A DNA stretch of 64,000 nucleotides from Minisyncoccia bacterium (GTDB lineage Bacteria; Patescibacteriota; Minisyncoccia; Phycocordibacterales; UBA918). The position numbers and the translations under genes were made by a program. The first letter of the stretch is position 1. Every line of letters starts with the position of its first letter. The DNA lies in NCBI GenBank assembly GCA_046293175.1, contig JBKBPM010000001.1:363446-427445 (forward strand), read 5' to 3'. Below are positions 28,870-42,300 of this stretch, one piece after another. Below the pieces are notes generated by a model, which was given only the letters and a program-made list of their open reading frames with translations, was not told the origin of the DNA and ran no database searches.

Positions 28870-30345
28870 CTAATTAGTTATATTCTTAACCCAACCAAAA
28901 GTTGATTCGAAGTTCTCGAGAATCAAATCAATAATGTTCTTTTCTTGAATTGGGGTGAAGAGCACGAAGTTTTCAGATTGGATTGTGTTGTTCGCTTCAT
29001 CAGTACAATTAAGCCAGAATTGGTACACGGTGGCTGGCGCAAAGTCGGTAATAACTTCAACATGATTGGTGTTGTACTCAAGCACTTCCTTTTCGAGCAC
29101 AATCGGGTCAACACCACCAGCCACCCCTTCACGATACGTCATGATACACGAAGCTGGTTCGTCGGTATTCCATTCCACAATGGTCTGAATTCGCGACTCA
29201 CCACCAGGGAAAATGGTTGATTCGTTAGTAACATTTGAAATGAGAGGTGCTGAAATATCACGTACGGTAATGAACTGAATTGGCTGACTCCGCACCCGAT
29301 CACCACCAGAGTTTTCTGCAATCACAAAAGCAACATAACGGGTACCAAGAGTAAGATCTGAGAGTCGCATCTGGTGTGTGGTTGCAAGAGTTGGTCGCCC
29401 TACCGAACTTTGTGTTCCCTGTGTCAAATCCTGGTATTCAATGAGCGCTTTGGCGGGCACCGTGGTGTCCCATGCCAACGTAGCGGCATTTTCTTCCACT
29501 TTAACAATTCTGAGGTTACGGATCTCTGGCAAGGCGGCTTTCGTACGAAAGGTGTACGTCCGACTTTCACCGGTAATCTGGTACGAGTCAGTGGAGCGAA
29601 CTTGAAAACTGTATTCTGTGTACGGTTCAAGACCAATAAGTCGAATTTCGTGATCAGTCACAGCACCAGCAGTAGATGACTGTGAAAAATCAAAGTTTGT
29701 ACCATCAAAACCATTTGTTTTTGAGAACCGCACTTCAGAACTCGCTTCGCGGTCGGTTACCCATGAGACTGTAGCTGAAGTTGTCTCAGGTACTACCGTT
29801 GGTGGACCTACAATGGTGAGGTCTTCGGTAATACCGGCAATCGCTTTAATAGTTTCGTTCAAAATCTCCTGCAGTTGTTGAGGGTTTTGAATTTCCTGTA
29901 TTTGCTCAACAATTTCTTGCGGAGTATTGGTTTGACCGGGACCAATACCAGTTCCGGTACCACTATCTGAAGTTGTCTCACTTTCTACTTCAATTTTGTA
30001 GTCAGCAGAGATACCCTGATTACCCTCAGCATCAGCTGAAATCACTCGGAAATAGTACGTTCGTCCCGGTTCTAAACTTTCAAGCGTCACCGAATGACTG
30101 GTACGATTAGCAACTGGCACACGCACCACACCCAGATCTGGGTTCAAGCTATAATTTACTGCTGAATCAGCATTTTCACTGGTCTTCCAAGTAATTGTCA
30201 CTGAGGTGTCAGTTGAAGAAGCTACTTTTACTTCGGTAATTTCTGGCGCTTTGGTGTCGTTAGTCTGAGCAATCACCAGTACAGTCGGCCATACTAAAAG
30301 CGCCATTACGAGGAACAATGCCAAAATATTCCGAGACATAATCAT
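28870..30345 (-). CDS. Secreted protein with four fibronectin type III-like domains
   Basis: Repeats SVTITWKT...HSVTLESLEPGRTYYFRV, ATVSWVT...GLEPYTEYSFQV and two more; amphipathic C-terminal helix IIDLILENFESTFGWV. Confidence 0.9.
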   Translation of the reverse strand: MIMSRNILALFLVMALLVWPTVLVIAQTNDTKAPEITEVKVASSTDTSVTITWKTSENADSAVNYSLNPDLGVVRVPVANRTSHSVTLESLEPGRTYYFRVISADAEGNQGISADYKIEVESETTSDSGTGTGIGPGQTNTPQEIVEQIQEIQNPQQLQEILNETIKAIAGITEDLTIVGPPTVVPETTSATVSWVTDREASSEVRFSKTNGFDGTNFDFSQSSTAGAVTDHEIRLIGLEPYTEYSFQVRSTDSYQITGESRTYTFRTKAALPEIRNLRIVKVEENAATLAWDTTVPAKALIEYQDLTQGTQSSVGRPTLATTHQMRLSDLTLGTRYVAFVIAENSGGDRVRSQPIQFITVRDISAPLISNVTNESTIFPGGESRIQTIVEWNTDEPASCIMTYREGVAGGVDPIVLEKEVLEYNTNHVEVITDFAPATVYQFWLNCTDEANNTIQSENFVLFTPIQEKNIIDLILENFESTFGWVKNITN

Positions 30346-30371
30346 AAAATCATAAACAGTATACCACTTTA

Positions 30372-33300
30372 CTACGGTGACACCGGAGTAAAGACGTTGA
30401 TACCAGCGTGAGGTGCACTATTGACCCCAAACGGAACCTCAATACCCCAATAGATATTTGTGGTAACCGCTGGTGATGGTACCGTTGGCTTGGCAAGGTT
30501 AACATCTAGTGTCACCGGTGTTGATGATGACAAGAGTGAACAAACCGAACAGCCAGCGTACGTGAAGGTACTGGTGGCAAATTTTTGCTGATTTGCTGGA
30601 ATAATTGAGCTGCTACCGTCACTGAGGTCTGTTCCTTCGACTTCGATGTCAAAGGCGACGTTACCAGTGTTTGCAATGGTGGTAGTTGGGTTGTACGAAC
30701 CAGTGTTGTCCTGTGGTGCAAGTGATCCGTAATTGATACCAGAGTCAACGCTTAGGGCGCGCACGGTGTAAAGCTCAACACCAGCAGGTGGTGTGGCCAT
30801 ATCATATCCACCACTCGTATCACTCACCTCAAGGTACGCCAACCAAGTGTCACCGTTATCGTCGGTTGCTTCAGCGTGGAAGAAGATGTCGGCATAACAC
30901 TCAAAGGTACAGGTGTTGCCACTACAATTGGTAAATGAACACTTATTACCAATTGTCGAAACATAACAGTTGTTGTTGTTTGGCGTACAACTTGGACCAA
31001 CGCTACTTCGATAGATGGTACTTGTTCCATTTACCAAGTCAGCCACCCCATTAAAGTCAGTCACCGTACCAGTCGCATAGACTCGAGTAGTAGTACCTGG
31101 TAAGAGAGAGATATCAAACCCGTTGTTAAGTGCCACCGTACCGAAAGTTGGATCAAATTGGAGTCCAAGCTCAGCGACTTCGCCATAGAAATCAATTGGT
31201 GTTGCATCATTAACCACACGGAAACAGTAATTGTCGGTAGCGTTGAGGGTTGGGGTGATGACGTACTCAAGTTCGGTATAGTTATCGGCCGGCACCGTCA
31301 GTGCGCTCGACATATTTGATGGACTTTCAACTACCATACCTGGTGTAAACTGACCATTAATAGTCGTCAGTAAGTCAGTGGTTGGTGCCCCATCAGTAAC
31401 CTGAGTTGAAGTCTGCATACAGATTGGTGAAGAGCCACAGGAAGCTTGATTTGGTACTGCCACATAACTGCCGCTTGATACCGCTTCGCAACTCGGTGAA
31501 GTGCCTTTTGCTGCATATTGGAGTCGGTACGTTTGTCCAGTAACCGTCAATCCAGAATTTTCGATACCGATACGGAGACGACGTGTCACACCAGGGAGCC
31601 CACTGCCCAGAGCATTTTCTGCAGAAAGCCAGGTGGCTCCGCCATAGGTTTGTTTGGCACCAAATGTAATTCCTGGATTGATTGGACCGCGATCACTGAC
31701 ATGATAACTATCCCAGGCACCATTTTGCACCCAGAAGGTGAAGCCCATGCCACCGCTGGTGTACGAACTATCGGTAGCTGATGTGGTGGCAACGAGCGTA
31801 CCTGAAGGGTTATAAAGGTACACATCAATACGGTTGTTGGTTTGCCAATCGATTTCCACTTGGTACCAGCCTGTTGTGTAGGTCACCGTGGTAGAAGCCA
31901 AACGAGTACCAGAGATATCGTTGTCAGTCACATTCTTTGAGAGTGAAAGACGATCGGTACCAAAGAGCTCAAGACAGACCGCGTAGTTGTTGTTGGCAGT
32001 ACCTGGTGTCTGTACCCCAAAGAGCGCACAACCTTCATCAGCCGCGCCACCAGATATGTCAACGTACTGTCGATACCGGATAATCTGTCCTTGCGCGGTG
32101 AGGTTACCGGTACGGAAGATACCATCAGTCGTTCGACCTGATTTGTTTTGGGCTTCAAGGGCATAAGCACCACCATAGACTGGTGTTGTATCAGTTTGGA
32201 AGAGGCTTGTATCACCACTGTATTCAGTAATATTATTATCTTCAAAGTCATCACTGAAACTAAAAGTATTGGCAGCCGAACTTGAACTGGTTGAACTCGC
32301 ATTACCAAAGTACATAAAGAGATTAGTGTACGCATTTGGAGCTAGACTTGGTACTTCTACCCACACCACTGCTTCGGTACTGGCGACATACCGATCCACC
32401 CAGAAATCAAGTGGGGTAAGACCATCGCTACTGGTGAATCGGAGATCATCGAAGTCGGACTGCATCGCACTATCATACGGCACGGTGACGCGTACAGTTG
32501 TCGTTGCAAAGGTTGTTGCCGTAGTGTTTTCGACACGTACTCGCTCACGGTAAGTCCAAGCAAAGTTATACCACTCAGAATTTGGTGCCCCTTCTCCCCC
32601 ATCATCGGCTCGCCAACGAGAACTGGTTTGTGAGGTCAAGAGACAACCACTGTCATCAAAGCGAATCGCTCCACAGAGGCCACCAATGTCACTGTCAAAG
32701 GCTTCCCCGCCAATATTGCCGTAGTTACCACTAAAGCGCCACGCATTGGTCGTACTTCCCACCAAGGCTACGTTTGTACCGGTCCAACTATTACCAGCAT
32801 TAAAGCCAACGGCGGTAAAGATCTTTGAAGCGTTCGCATTTAATGCAGTGTCAGTAAGACTAATTAACGTACCACCATTTACCGCGAGATTGTAGTACGC
32901 ATTACTGAGATTGGTGATAGTGGGCGCGTTACTGAAGGAGAGACCACTACTATTAAGCGCATCAAAGCGGTAGTACTGGGCGTTAAATGTTCCGCCAGTA
33001 ACAAGGAATGCGTGGGTACCAGTACTGATAGCCCCAATGGTAGTACTTGCGCTCGCAGCACCGAGGATAGCGAGACTGCCGCTTTGTACCGTGGTGGTAC
33101 TATTTTGTGCCATGCGGACAGTCACCGCACGCTGACTCGGTCCGACCAGTGCAGCACCATCAAAGTCCGTACTGTATGACCAGTATTCACTGGTGGTGGC
33201 AACCGTAAAGTCGCCGTAGATATTAAGTGTACCATCAACAGCTCCATGATCCTGTGAGTAGAGTGAAGCTCCGGTACCAAGCGTCGTAGTAGCCACCGTA

Positions 33301-36300
33301 CTATTCCACAACCGAAGATCAGCCGAACTAATCGCCAAGGTAGCGTAATCATCTCCTCCAGCAGACTTCGTATTAATTGTGTACGGAGCACTATTCGTGA
33401 GACTGATGATGGTATTAATCCAAGTGGTAGCGCCACCACCAACCAAGTTCGTGAATACGCCACCAATGCTCAGTGTGGTACCAGCTTCCTTTGTAAACGA
33501 CGACGCGGTGGTCAACGTGACATTATTGGTAGTTGTTGCATTACCCTGCCAAGTCCAACCACCTGAAGCACTGGCAAACTGGACGTTATAGAACGGACTG
33601 GTACTCGCATTAATGGTCTTGCCACTAGCGGTTGCATTAAAGAGGACAGTACCAGAGGCATGATCAAACGTACCACCGGTAACAAGGAACGAACCGCCAA
33701 CTGAAAGTGTATTGGTAGCTGAGATGAATGCGCCAGCACTGATGACCACATCATCACGGAAGGTGGCCGAAGCATCGGTGATAGTGATGGTGCCAACCCC
33801 CGTCTTTCGGAGAGCAAATAAATCTGATCCACGGGTGGTGATTGAAGCGTCAGCGGCACTCGTCATATAGAGATCAGCAGTGTTATGCGTCACGGTACCA
33901 CTGGCGTTGGTGAATGATCCACCGACAGCCAGTGCACCACTTGGGAGCGTGACCGTACCGGTATTGCTGATGACGAAGCTACCAGTTGTAGTTGCATTTG
34001 TATCGGTCATACTCCAACTACCAGCAGCACCCGTAAAATACAAAGCTGGTACTGTTGCGTCATCAAAGCGTACGATGTTGCCGGTTGATGAACTCACGAA
34101 GGCCAATCCAGTGCCGGGCATTGAGAAGCTACCGCCAGTAGCGTTAAACGAAGCCCCTATGGTGGTAGTACCACTACCAAAGGTTACCGCACCAGCGCTT
34201 TGGGTAAATGATCGGGTTGTTGTAAAGGTAGCATCAGTCACTGTCCAGGAACCACTTCCAGTAAAGGCTACGTTGTAGAATGGGCCACCGTTTACATCGA
34301 TTGTACGACCCGCTCCGGTGGTGGTGAACGTAGTGGTTGACTGACCGGCGATGAAGATCGCTCCCGGACCAAAGATGAAACTACCGCCAATACTATGGGT
34401 TTCAGTACCCAAGGCGCGCCACGTAGCATTCGCTTGCGCTTCGAGTGTACCGTCTTGCGCTCCGCCACCACCCCCACCACTTAAGGTGACATTACCGTTT
34501 GGTTCAAAGGTTTTACCAGACCAAATGAGGAGCTTTTGGTCTGCTGGCAACGTCAAGGTATCACTACCTGCATCAACTGCGGTAAAGAGAATATCACCAT
34601 CATCTGAACTGTCCCAGACTGCCATATCAGCAATTGAGAGTGGACTGGTATTTTCGTGTCGAACAATGACACGATTTTCATACAGATGCATGTTACTGAT
34701 CGATGAAATCGGATCAGCACTGACTGTTACTGCTTTCCGAATATTGTTGTCAATATATACCGTAAGGGTGTCAGCCGGACTAAAAGCTACGTTTGAAATA
34801 CTGTACGCACCAGTACCTGGATCACATGAGGCAGTATACGTAGTCAGTCCAGCAACGCGCAGGAGGATATTTTGAGTTACTCCGTCACAGACCGGAGAAA
34901 CGGTTACCCCTTCATCACTGTAGACGTTACCCGAAACGGTGATCAGAGCAGCTGAATCGTCCCATACAATATAACCTGGATCACCAGCTGGATCATTATC
35001 ATAAGCTTCTCCATCAATTGAACCAATGTGGTTTGTGAAGCGCCATGAACTGACAGCAGTACCGGTAGCAGTCACGTTTGTAGCCGCACTTACACCTGAT
35101 GAAGTCGCGAAGCTGTTATTGGTGAAGTTCTTGGCTGGGTTGTTGTTGAGAACGGTCGCGCCAACGGTTATACCAGTACCACTGTTAGCTGCTACCTCGA
35201 TATCAACCCGTGAGAAATCTGTAACGGTTGGTATACCAGTAAAGACAATACCGGTTGAAGTAGCATTACGAATGGTGGCGTAGTTCCAGTTGGTTGTTCC
35301 ACTGCCGCCAATCGTCACATTGTAGGTACCAGACCCTTGATTGTTGATCGAGGTTGAAGCATTGGCGGCACCAACAACAGAGAGACTACCACCGAGGAGA
35401 TTGTAGCTGGCTCCTGAGGCAAAAGCTACAGTCACTACTCGTTCACTACCAGTCAGTGAAGCACCATCAAAATCGGTGGCATAACTCCAGTAATCACTGG
35501 CAGTGGTTTCGGTAAAGGTACCGTAAATATGAAGGAGGCCATTGGTATTATTGTGATCTTGTGAGTAGATACCACCAAGCGCATTGTAGGTGGTAGCACT
35601 ACTATTCCAGAGGCGGATACGAGTATCACTTGCTACCGAAAGAGTACTGTAGGTATCAGCCGTAGTCTTTTGGTTGACTGCAATATTACCACCACCATAG
35701 AAGTAGAGGGTGCCTGGGAAATCGGTAGCAGCGCCTCCGAGCTGATTTTCAAAGACACCTGCAACCGCTAACGTGGTCCCTGTGGCAACTCTAAAGAGAC
35801 TATGGTTTTGGAGGATAAAGCTTTGGGTTGACGTCGCTGACTCGGTCACCGTAAAGGATCCAGTACCATTGATACGAGTGCGAGCAAGTGGTGAGTTACC
35901 CATCGCAATAGTATGTGTACCGCTACCGGTAAAGGCGACCACGCCACCATTGGCAAGTACTGTACCATTAGCATCAATGCTGCCAGCGATAGTGGTAGTC
36001 GCCGTATCACTAAGACTGAGGGTGGACGCAGTTGCCACAAAGACATCGCCAGACACCGTCAGTACTGGATCTGATTGATTGGTCGTAAAGGTTGAAGACG
36101 CGGTACCGTTACCAATCGTCAGGTTGCGGTTTACCAAGATACCGACACCACTGGTCGTGAAGGTTGAACTACCAACAGTTGTACCAATCGCTAAGTCGTA
36201 GTAGGTCGTACCAAGTACGGTGGCATTTGCACCACTATAGGTAACGAGACCTGTACCTGATCGATAGGTTCCGGCTACTGAAAAGACAGTTCCACTACCG

Positions 36301-39300
36301 GTTAGATTAATAGCGGTTGCACCAACATCATACACGTGAGCTGCACTGACCGTCAGTCGGCCACTAACCGTAGTCGTAGCAGCTGAGGCTGGAGTTGTGG
36401 TACCGGCCATCGAACCATTACCGAGCACGAGATTTGCAAAGGTCCATGGTGTAGTGCCGCCGAGAGTATTAGTACGAGCAATGGTGGTAGTCCCAGCTCC
36501 AAGTGACAACGTACCGTTACCGGTGAGCTGACCATTGAGGAGTGAGATGTTGTTGGTGCCCGTCACCGTACCAGCAGTAATAGTCATGTCACCAGTAAGA
36601 CTCAGTGGTGCGGTGATGTTCCAGGCTCCGCCAACGCCAGTAAACGATAGGTTGTGGAAGTTTTGGGTAGCAGCGGCCGTAATACTCTTACCGGTAGTTG
36701 TTGCCGTAAAGACAAACGTCGAAGAGGCAGCGGTGATAGTGGCATTGGTACCAACAACGAGTCGTCCTGAGAGACTATGGGTATCAGTGCCAGCGGCGAC
36801 GAACTGTGAAGAAGTGGCGAGGGTGAGGCTGCCTTCAAAGGCACTACTTGACGCGTTACCGGCAAGCGTCACAGGGCCACCAGGGGTAAAGGTGGTACTC
36901 GCCCACACAAAGAGACCGTTGTTTGCAAATACAGTGAGCGAGGTCGACGGTGTAGTGGTCGCAGTAAAGCGCAAGTCAGTATCAGACGCGGTGTTAAAGA
37001 GGGTCAAATCAGCAATTGAAAGCGGCACAGCTCCTTCATGGCGAGTAATGAGCTGGTAAGCATACACATCAAAGTTGGTGATATCAGTAGTTGGTGTCTT
37101 CGTGACAGCTGCACCTGTAACACCACCATTGGTGTTGAGGTAGACGGTAATCTTCGGGTCACCAATAAAGGCGACGTTACTGAAACTGTATGCACCAGTT
37201 GCCGCATTACATGATGTTTGTGCAGTATAACTGCCGCTGTTCACAACCACCCGAACATTTGGTGTTACTCCATCACAAACTGGTGCACCCAGTGCGGCTG
37301 AACCATCGCTGCGTAATACCCGACCAGAAACAGTAATCAAGTATGAACTATCGTCAAAGCGAATGGCACCGGGGTTGGTATCCCCTCCATCAAACGCTTC
37401 ACCGTAAAGATTGCCAGTTCCCTCCTTAAACCAAACGAAGCTGGTTGATGTACCGGTAAAGGTGACGTTACTGCCTGTACCAGCTGTGGTCGTCGCAAAG
37501 GCAACCCGCAAGAACTGCTTGGCTGGGTTGGTGTTCACGGTGGTGCCATCAATGCGAAGACCTGAGGTGCCAGGCGTCACCTCGACATACCCATCATCAA
37601 ATTGTGACAAGGTCGTTGAACCTAGGAGTCCAAAGCCAGCGGGACCGGTACTAGCAACACTGAAGTTACGAGCGGTGACAATTGAGTTGGTGGCATTAAG
37701 TGAGAATGAGCCAGTGAGTGCAGCGACGGTGGTGGTAGCTGAAGTGGTACCGGTAAGGTTAAGCGAAGCTGCGGTGAAGCCAATACTTGAACCACTTGCC
37801 ACCCGCACGTCAACCTGCCGAGGACTACCAAGTACCGTACCATCAAAGTCAGTGGCGTACGCCCAATGTTCAGTGCCGGTACTGCGAATGTAATTACCAT
37901 AGATATTGAGGTCACCATCAACTCCAGCATGATCTTGTGAGTAAATTGAACCAGTACCATTGGTGGTATACGTTGCAGCTGATGAATTCCACATCGCCAC
38001 ATCGGTGTCGCCGTCAACGAAGAGTGTGCCGTAGACATCTCCCGAGAAAGTCTTTGCGTGCATACTATGATCCCCACCAATGAGACGGAGGATTGAACCA
38101 GTCCAAGTCGTTGAGGTGCCGGACATGGTTTGCGAGAATGTACCTGAAGCAGTCAGCGAGATACCACTGTTTAGGGTGAACTGGGTGGCGGTTATAAGAT
38201 TAATGGCCACGGTTGATGTTGCCGCTTCAGTGATCGTGAAGTCTCCCCCCGCACTATTAAATTCAAGTGTCGCAAAGTTTGAATTACCAGCAGCAATAGT
38301 TTCTGCTCCAGCGATTGAATTAAAGCGAACAGTACCGCTGGCATTGAAGAAGGTAGCGTTGTTATCAAATGATCCTCCTACACTCAAGACTCCTGTTGGG
38401 AAGGTTGTATCTCCTCCAGTATCAAGCACAAAGTTACCTAAGATAGTGGCATTGGTATCTGTAAAGGTACGAGCAAATCGTGCTTGACTACTACTTGTTG
38501 CGTAGAACGTACTCGCACTGATCTGATTGTTATATTCAGTGGTCAACCAGCCGTTTGTACGAGCCACATTAGACAGACGAATTTCATCAATGATGCCCGA
38601 GAAGAAGCGACCACCAGCATCATCTTGCCCAAACTTGAGATCGTTGATGGTTGAAGAGGCATGGGTAGTACTATTACTACTACTAGCTGAACCAGAAGTA
38701 GCAAAACGATAGATAGTAGCGGTGGTTGGATTGACCACCAGGGCAGCCATAAACCACTGATTTTGAAGATAGGTTGGTGCCCCATTCCAGCCATAGGTGG
38801 CAACCGTATCGTTCCAGTGGTACCCAAGGTTTCCAGCCGTACCGTTAATACCAAGACCGGTGGTTACCGCACCACGAGAGAAAACCACACCATCGTATGC
38901 ACTCTGTGCTCCGTTTGGACGCATCCACACCGACCAGGTAGATGTCGCCATCGAAGCCGCAAAAGTAGTCTGAATAAACTCGTTCGTACCATCAATACTT
39001 TGACCTCGACCCACCTGTGCAGTCACTCGGTCACCCACCTCCATATTATTACTCGTACCGGTGGTACTACCCGTACTACCAACATACTGTGGGGCAGAGG
39101 CAGTTGGGCTTTCATCCAAGTGATAAACCGCGAGATATCCATTGGTCCAAACATTATTGCGACCAAATGGATCTGTTACAGCATAAGCACTAGCAGCACT
39201 GTTGCCGTAGTAAATATAGAAAGTGGTGTTCGTAACATTACTAATAGTTGGCGCTTTGAAGTGTAACTCGCCACTTAGTGAACCAGTGTTTATGCTCACA

Positions 39301-42300
39301 AGTTCATATGGTACTTCGGTTACACCATCACTCGTGGTGACGCGAATATCACTACCGTCACTTTTCACTCCTGCAAAGAAGGCACTACCAAGCGTAGCCA
39401 AATCAACATAGACTGGGAAATCCGTCACTGTTTCCGCGACCTGACTGGCACTAATAGTGATGGCCATGCGACTCGTCCAACTGTTGTTATACCAAGAACC
39501 AACCCCGCTACGAGTACGTAGATGGTTGAAACTTGAACCATTGGTGCTGATTTGATTGGCATCCTGCACCAACAAAATGACTTCACCATTGTTGTGGGCA
39601 AAGGCCCCAGAACCAGTTACAGCAAAGTCACCGCCTACAGTTAACGTGCCGCTTGGCATAGTGACGGTACCGCTTTGAATACGATGTGCACGTGTGGTAG
39701 TGGCGGCACTTTCAGAGTAAGTCCACGAGCCTGCACCAGCAAAGGTAAGATCGTAGAAGGCATTAAGGAAATTCGTAGCCCTTTGGGTAATTGTGCGTCC
39801 AGCTACACTACTGGTCATACGAACCTCACCATTGTTATGTGCAAACTGTCCGCCCGTATTGAGGAAAGATCCCGCAATCGTCGTAGTACCAGTTGGCAGC
39901 GTGACCGTACCGGTTGCGATGGTGAGTGTACCATTAAGGACTAGTGTACTTGTGCTAAATGACCAGTTACCACCAGCACCGGTAAATGACAGGTTGTTAA
40001 AGGCAGAGGTACCACGTGCAATCACACCGGTACTGGTACCAACAAAGGTCACCGTACCACTTTGCGGAACAAAGAGGTTGTTGTTTGTCCAGGCCCGGAC
40101 GACATTTATGTTAAAGCCAGAACCAGAGGCATTAAGCGTATCGTCTGCTCCAATAGTTATCGACTCGCTGCCGACATTACCAGAGAGCGTGATGGTTTTG
40201 GCTGTACCATCAATGACAACATTACCGACATTAGTACTTGAAGCGGCACTTTTTGCATCACCCCAAAGACTACTGCCAGCACCATCAAAGGTGGTTGTAC
40301 CAAGCCCACTAAAAGTACCATTGGCGCCAAGACTTAAGTTACCGCCGATGTTTATACTCGATGTACCACGAGCCAAGGTTCCAAAGTTCATCGTCACATT
40401 ACCAGAAGCAATCAGTGGTTTTGTGAGACTAAACGTAGCATTACCACTACCTTCACCAAAGGTAACATTATGGAAGAAGAGTGAACTTGAGGCATTAACT
40501 GGCGTTTGGGTCGAAGTAGTAGCCGTAAAGATAATGGTTGAAAGACCAGTCGTAAATGTACCTTGGTTATTCCAGAGATTACTAATACGGAAGGTACTGG
40601 TGGCTGGGGCAAAGGTACCATTATTTTGGAAATTAATGACACTCGTGTCAGCCCCTGGTGCGTAGGTTGAACCAGAAAGTACTCGCAGACGAGCATCACC
40701 ACAAGTTGATTCAGCACAGAGAGTGATAGCGTTACCACCATCAGCACTAAAGAAGATGTCTTCGTTGGCACTATTGGCATAGAGCGCAAGCTGAGCATTG
40801 GTGATTGTGGTGTTGTCGTTTGAACCAATCGTCAAGTGACGCTTACTGAGCACCATACCCGTAATATCGCCCGAACCATCATAGACGGTGGTGCCCACTG
40901 CTTCGTCGGTACCACTTGCATTTTGCATAAACACCGTGATGACATCACCAGCCACAGCTGACACATTTGGAATCGACCAAGAACCAGCCGCTGAGACTGT
41001 TGACCAGGTAATAACCACCCGTCCAGGATTACCATTGCCTCCATTGGTTGAAGTCGCACTGGTACCACCACTACCAGCTCCACCACCATAATCACTGTCG
41101 GTGTTATTACCAGGTAGACCAGGAGAGGTGGAAGAACCACTGACCGTTGATGTAGCAGTTACACCACTGGTTGTAATATACGATGAACCACCGCCGCCGC
41201 CGGCACTCGCTTGGTAGATACCTGCCCCACTAGCACCGCCGCCGCCGCCGTAATAACCGGCGCCACCACCAGCACCACCAGCAGCCAGGGTTGATGAGGC
41301 ACCGGCACCACCAGCCCCACCACCATGTATGCCACCAGCACCACCGGCGCCACCACCAGCACCAGAACTACCACTACCGCCGTTATAGGCCGAACCCACG
41401 GTTGCATTCCCGCCACCAATGGCACCACCCGTTGACTGTGTACCACCAGTTCCAGCTGTACTGCCAGTCACACTGACTCCATCACCACCAACGAGACCAC
41501 CTCCAACCCCACCAGCACCCGCCAGTGTTCCGGTGACGCTATGCGGTTTGAGCGCAAAGGTAAAGTAGCGACCAACATCAGCACCAACTGATGCTTGTGT
41601 CATGGTAGGTGCACCAAGCTGTCCAGGTGCCCCAACTGGATTATTATCGTAACAAAGGAAAACAGAGTTGTCGGTACCGTTAGCGTTAGCTGAATAAAAG
41701 TTTGCATCAGCATTCGTTGGGATGTCACAAGAACCTCCGCCAGGACCCCAGGTGTTGTTATCCATCGAGCCACCAACATGAACTACCATGGCATCTGCCA
41801 CCGTGGCATTGAGATCAGTTCCCGTAAAGACAGTATTGGCTACCGTGACGGCAGTGTTTGTACCAACCACATCATACGGATTACCAGTAGTAGTCACGCC
41901 ACGATAGGCCCAAATACGACCGGTGTATGACTCAGTGGCTGGTCCACCAAAAGTTGGATTACCAGGCACAGCACCAGTGCGGCGATAGTACCAGACAGAC
42001 AAACGACCTTCACCAGCCGATCCTGCTTGAGAAGAAAATTCTGTCCAACCGGTGCAGTTAGCGGTACATGTATGTGCGGTGTTTGTTCGTGAATGTAATA
42101 CGGCAATATAAACGTCATCAACTGCTGTACCAGCCGGAATGGTTGGAGTACAACTAGCACCGCTAACCGCACAAGCTGTACCAACCCCAACATAGCTTAT
42201 GCCACCAGCCACTGACCCACCACCGCCACCAGCACCAGCCACAAAGAGTGGTGTTGAGGCACGCATCACGGAGGTAGCGCCACCTCCCCCACCACCACCC

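Noticed and set aside
25356-28905. Short ORFs 25356-25547, 26878-27147, 28542-28841 and 28714-28905
   Set aside because: They run through the palindromic elements; their mutual similarity reflects the DNA repeat, and covariation points to nucleic-acid structure
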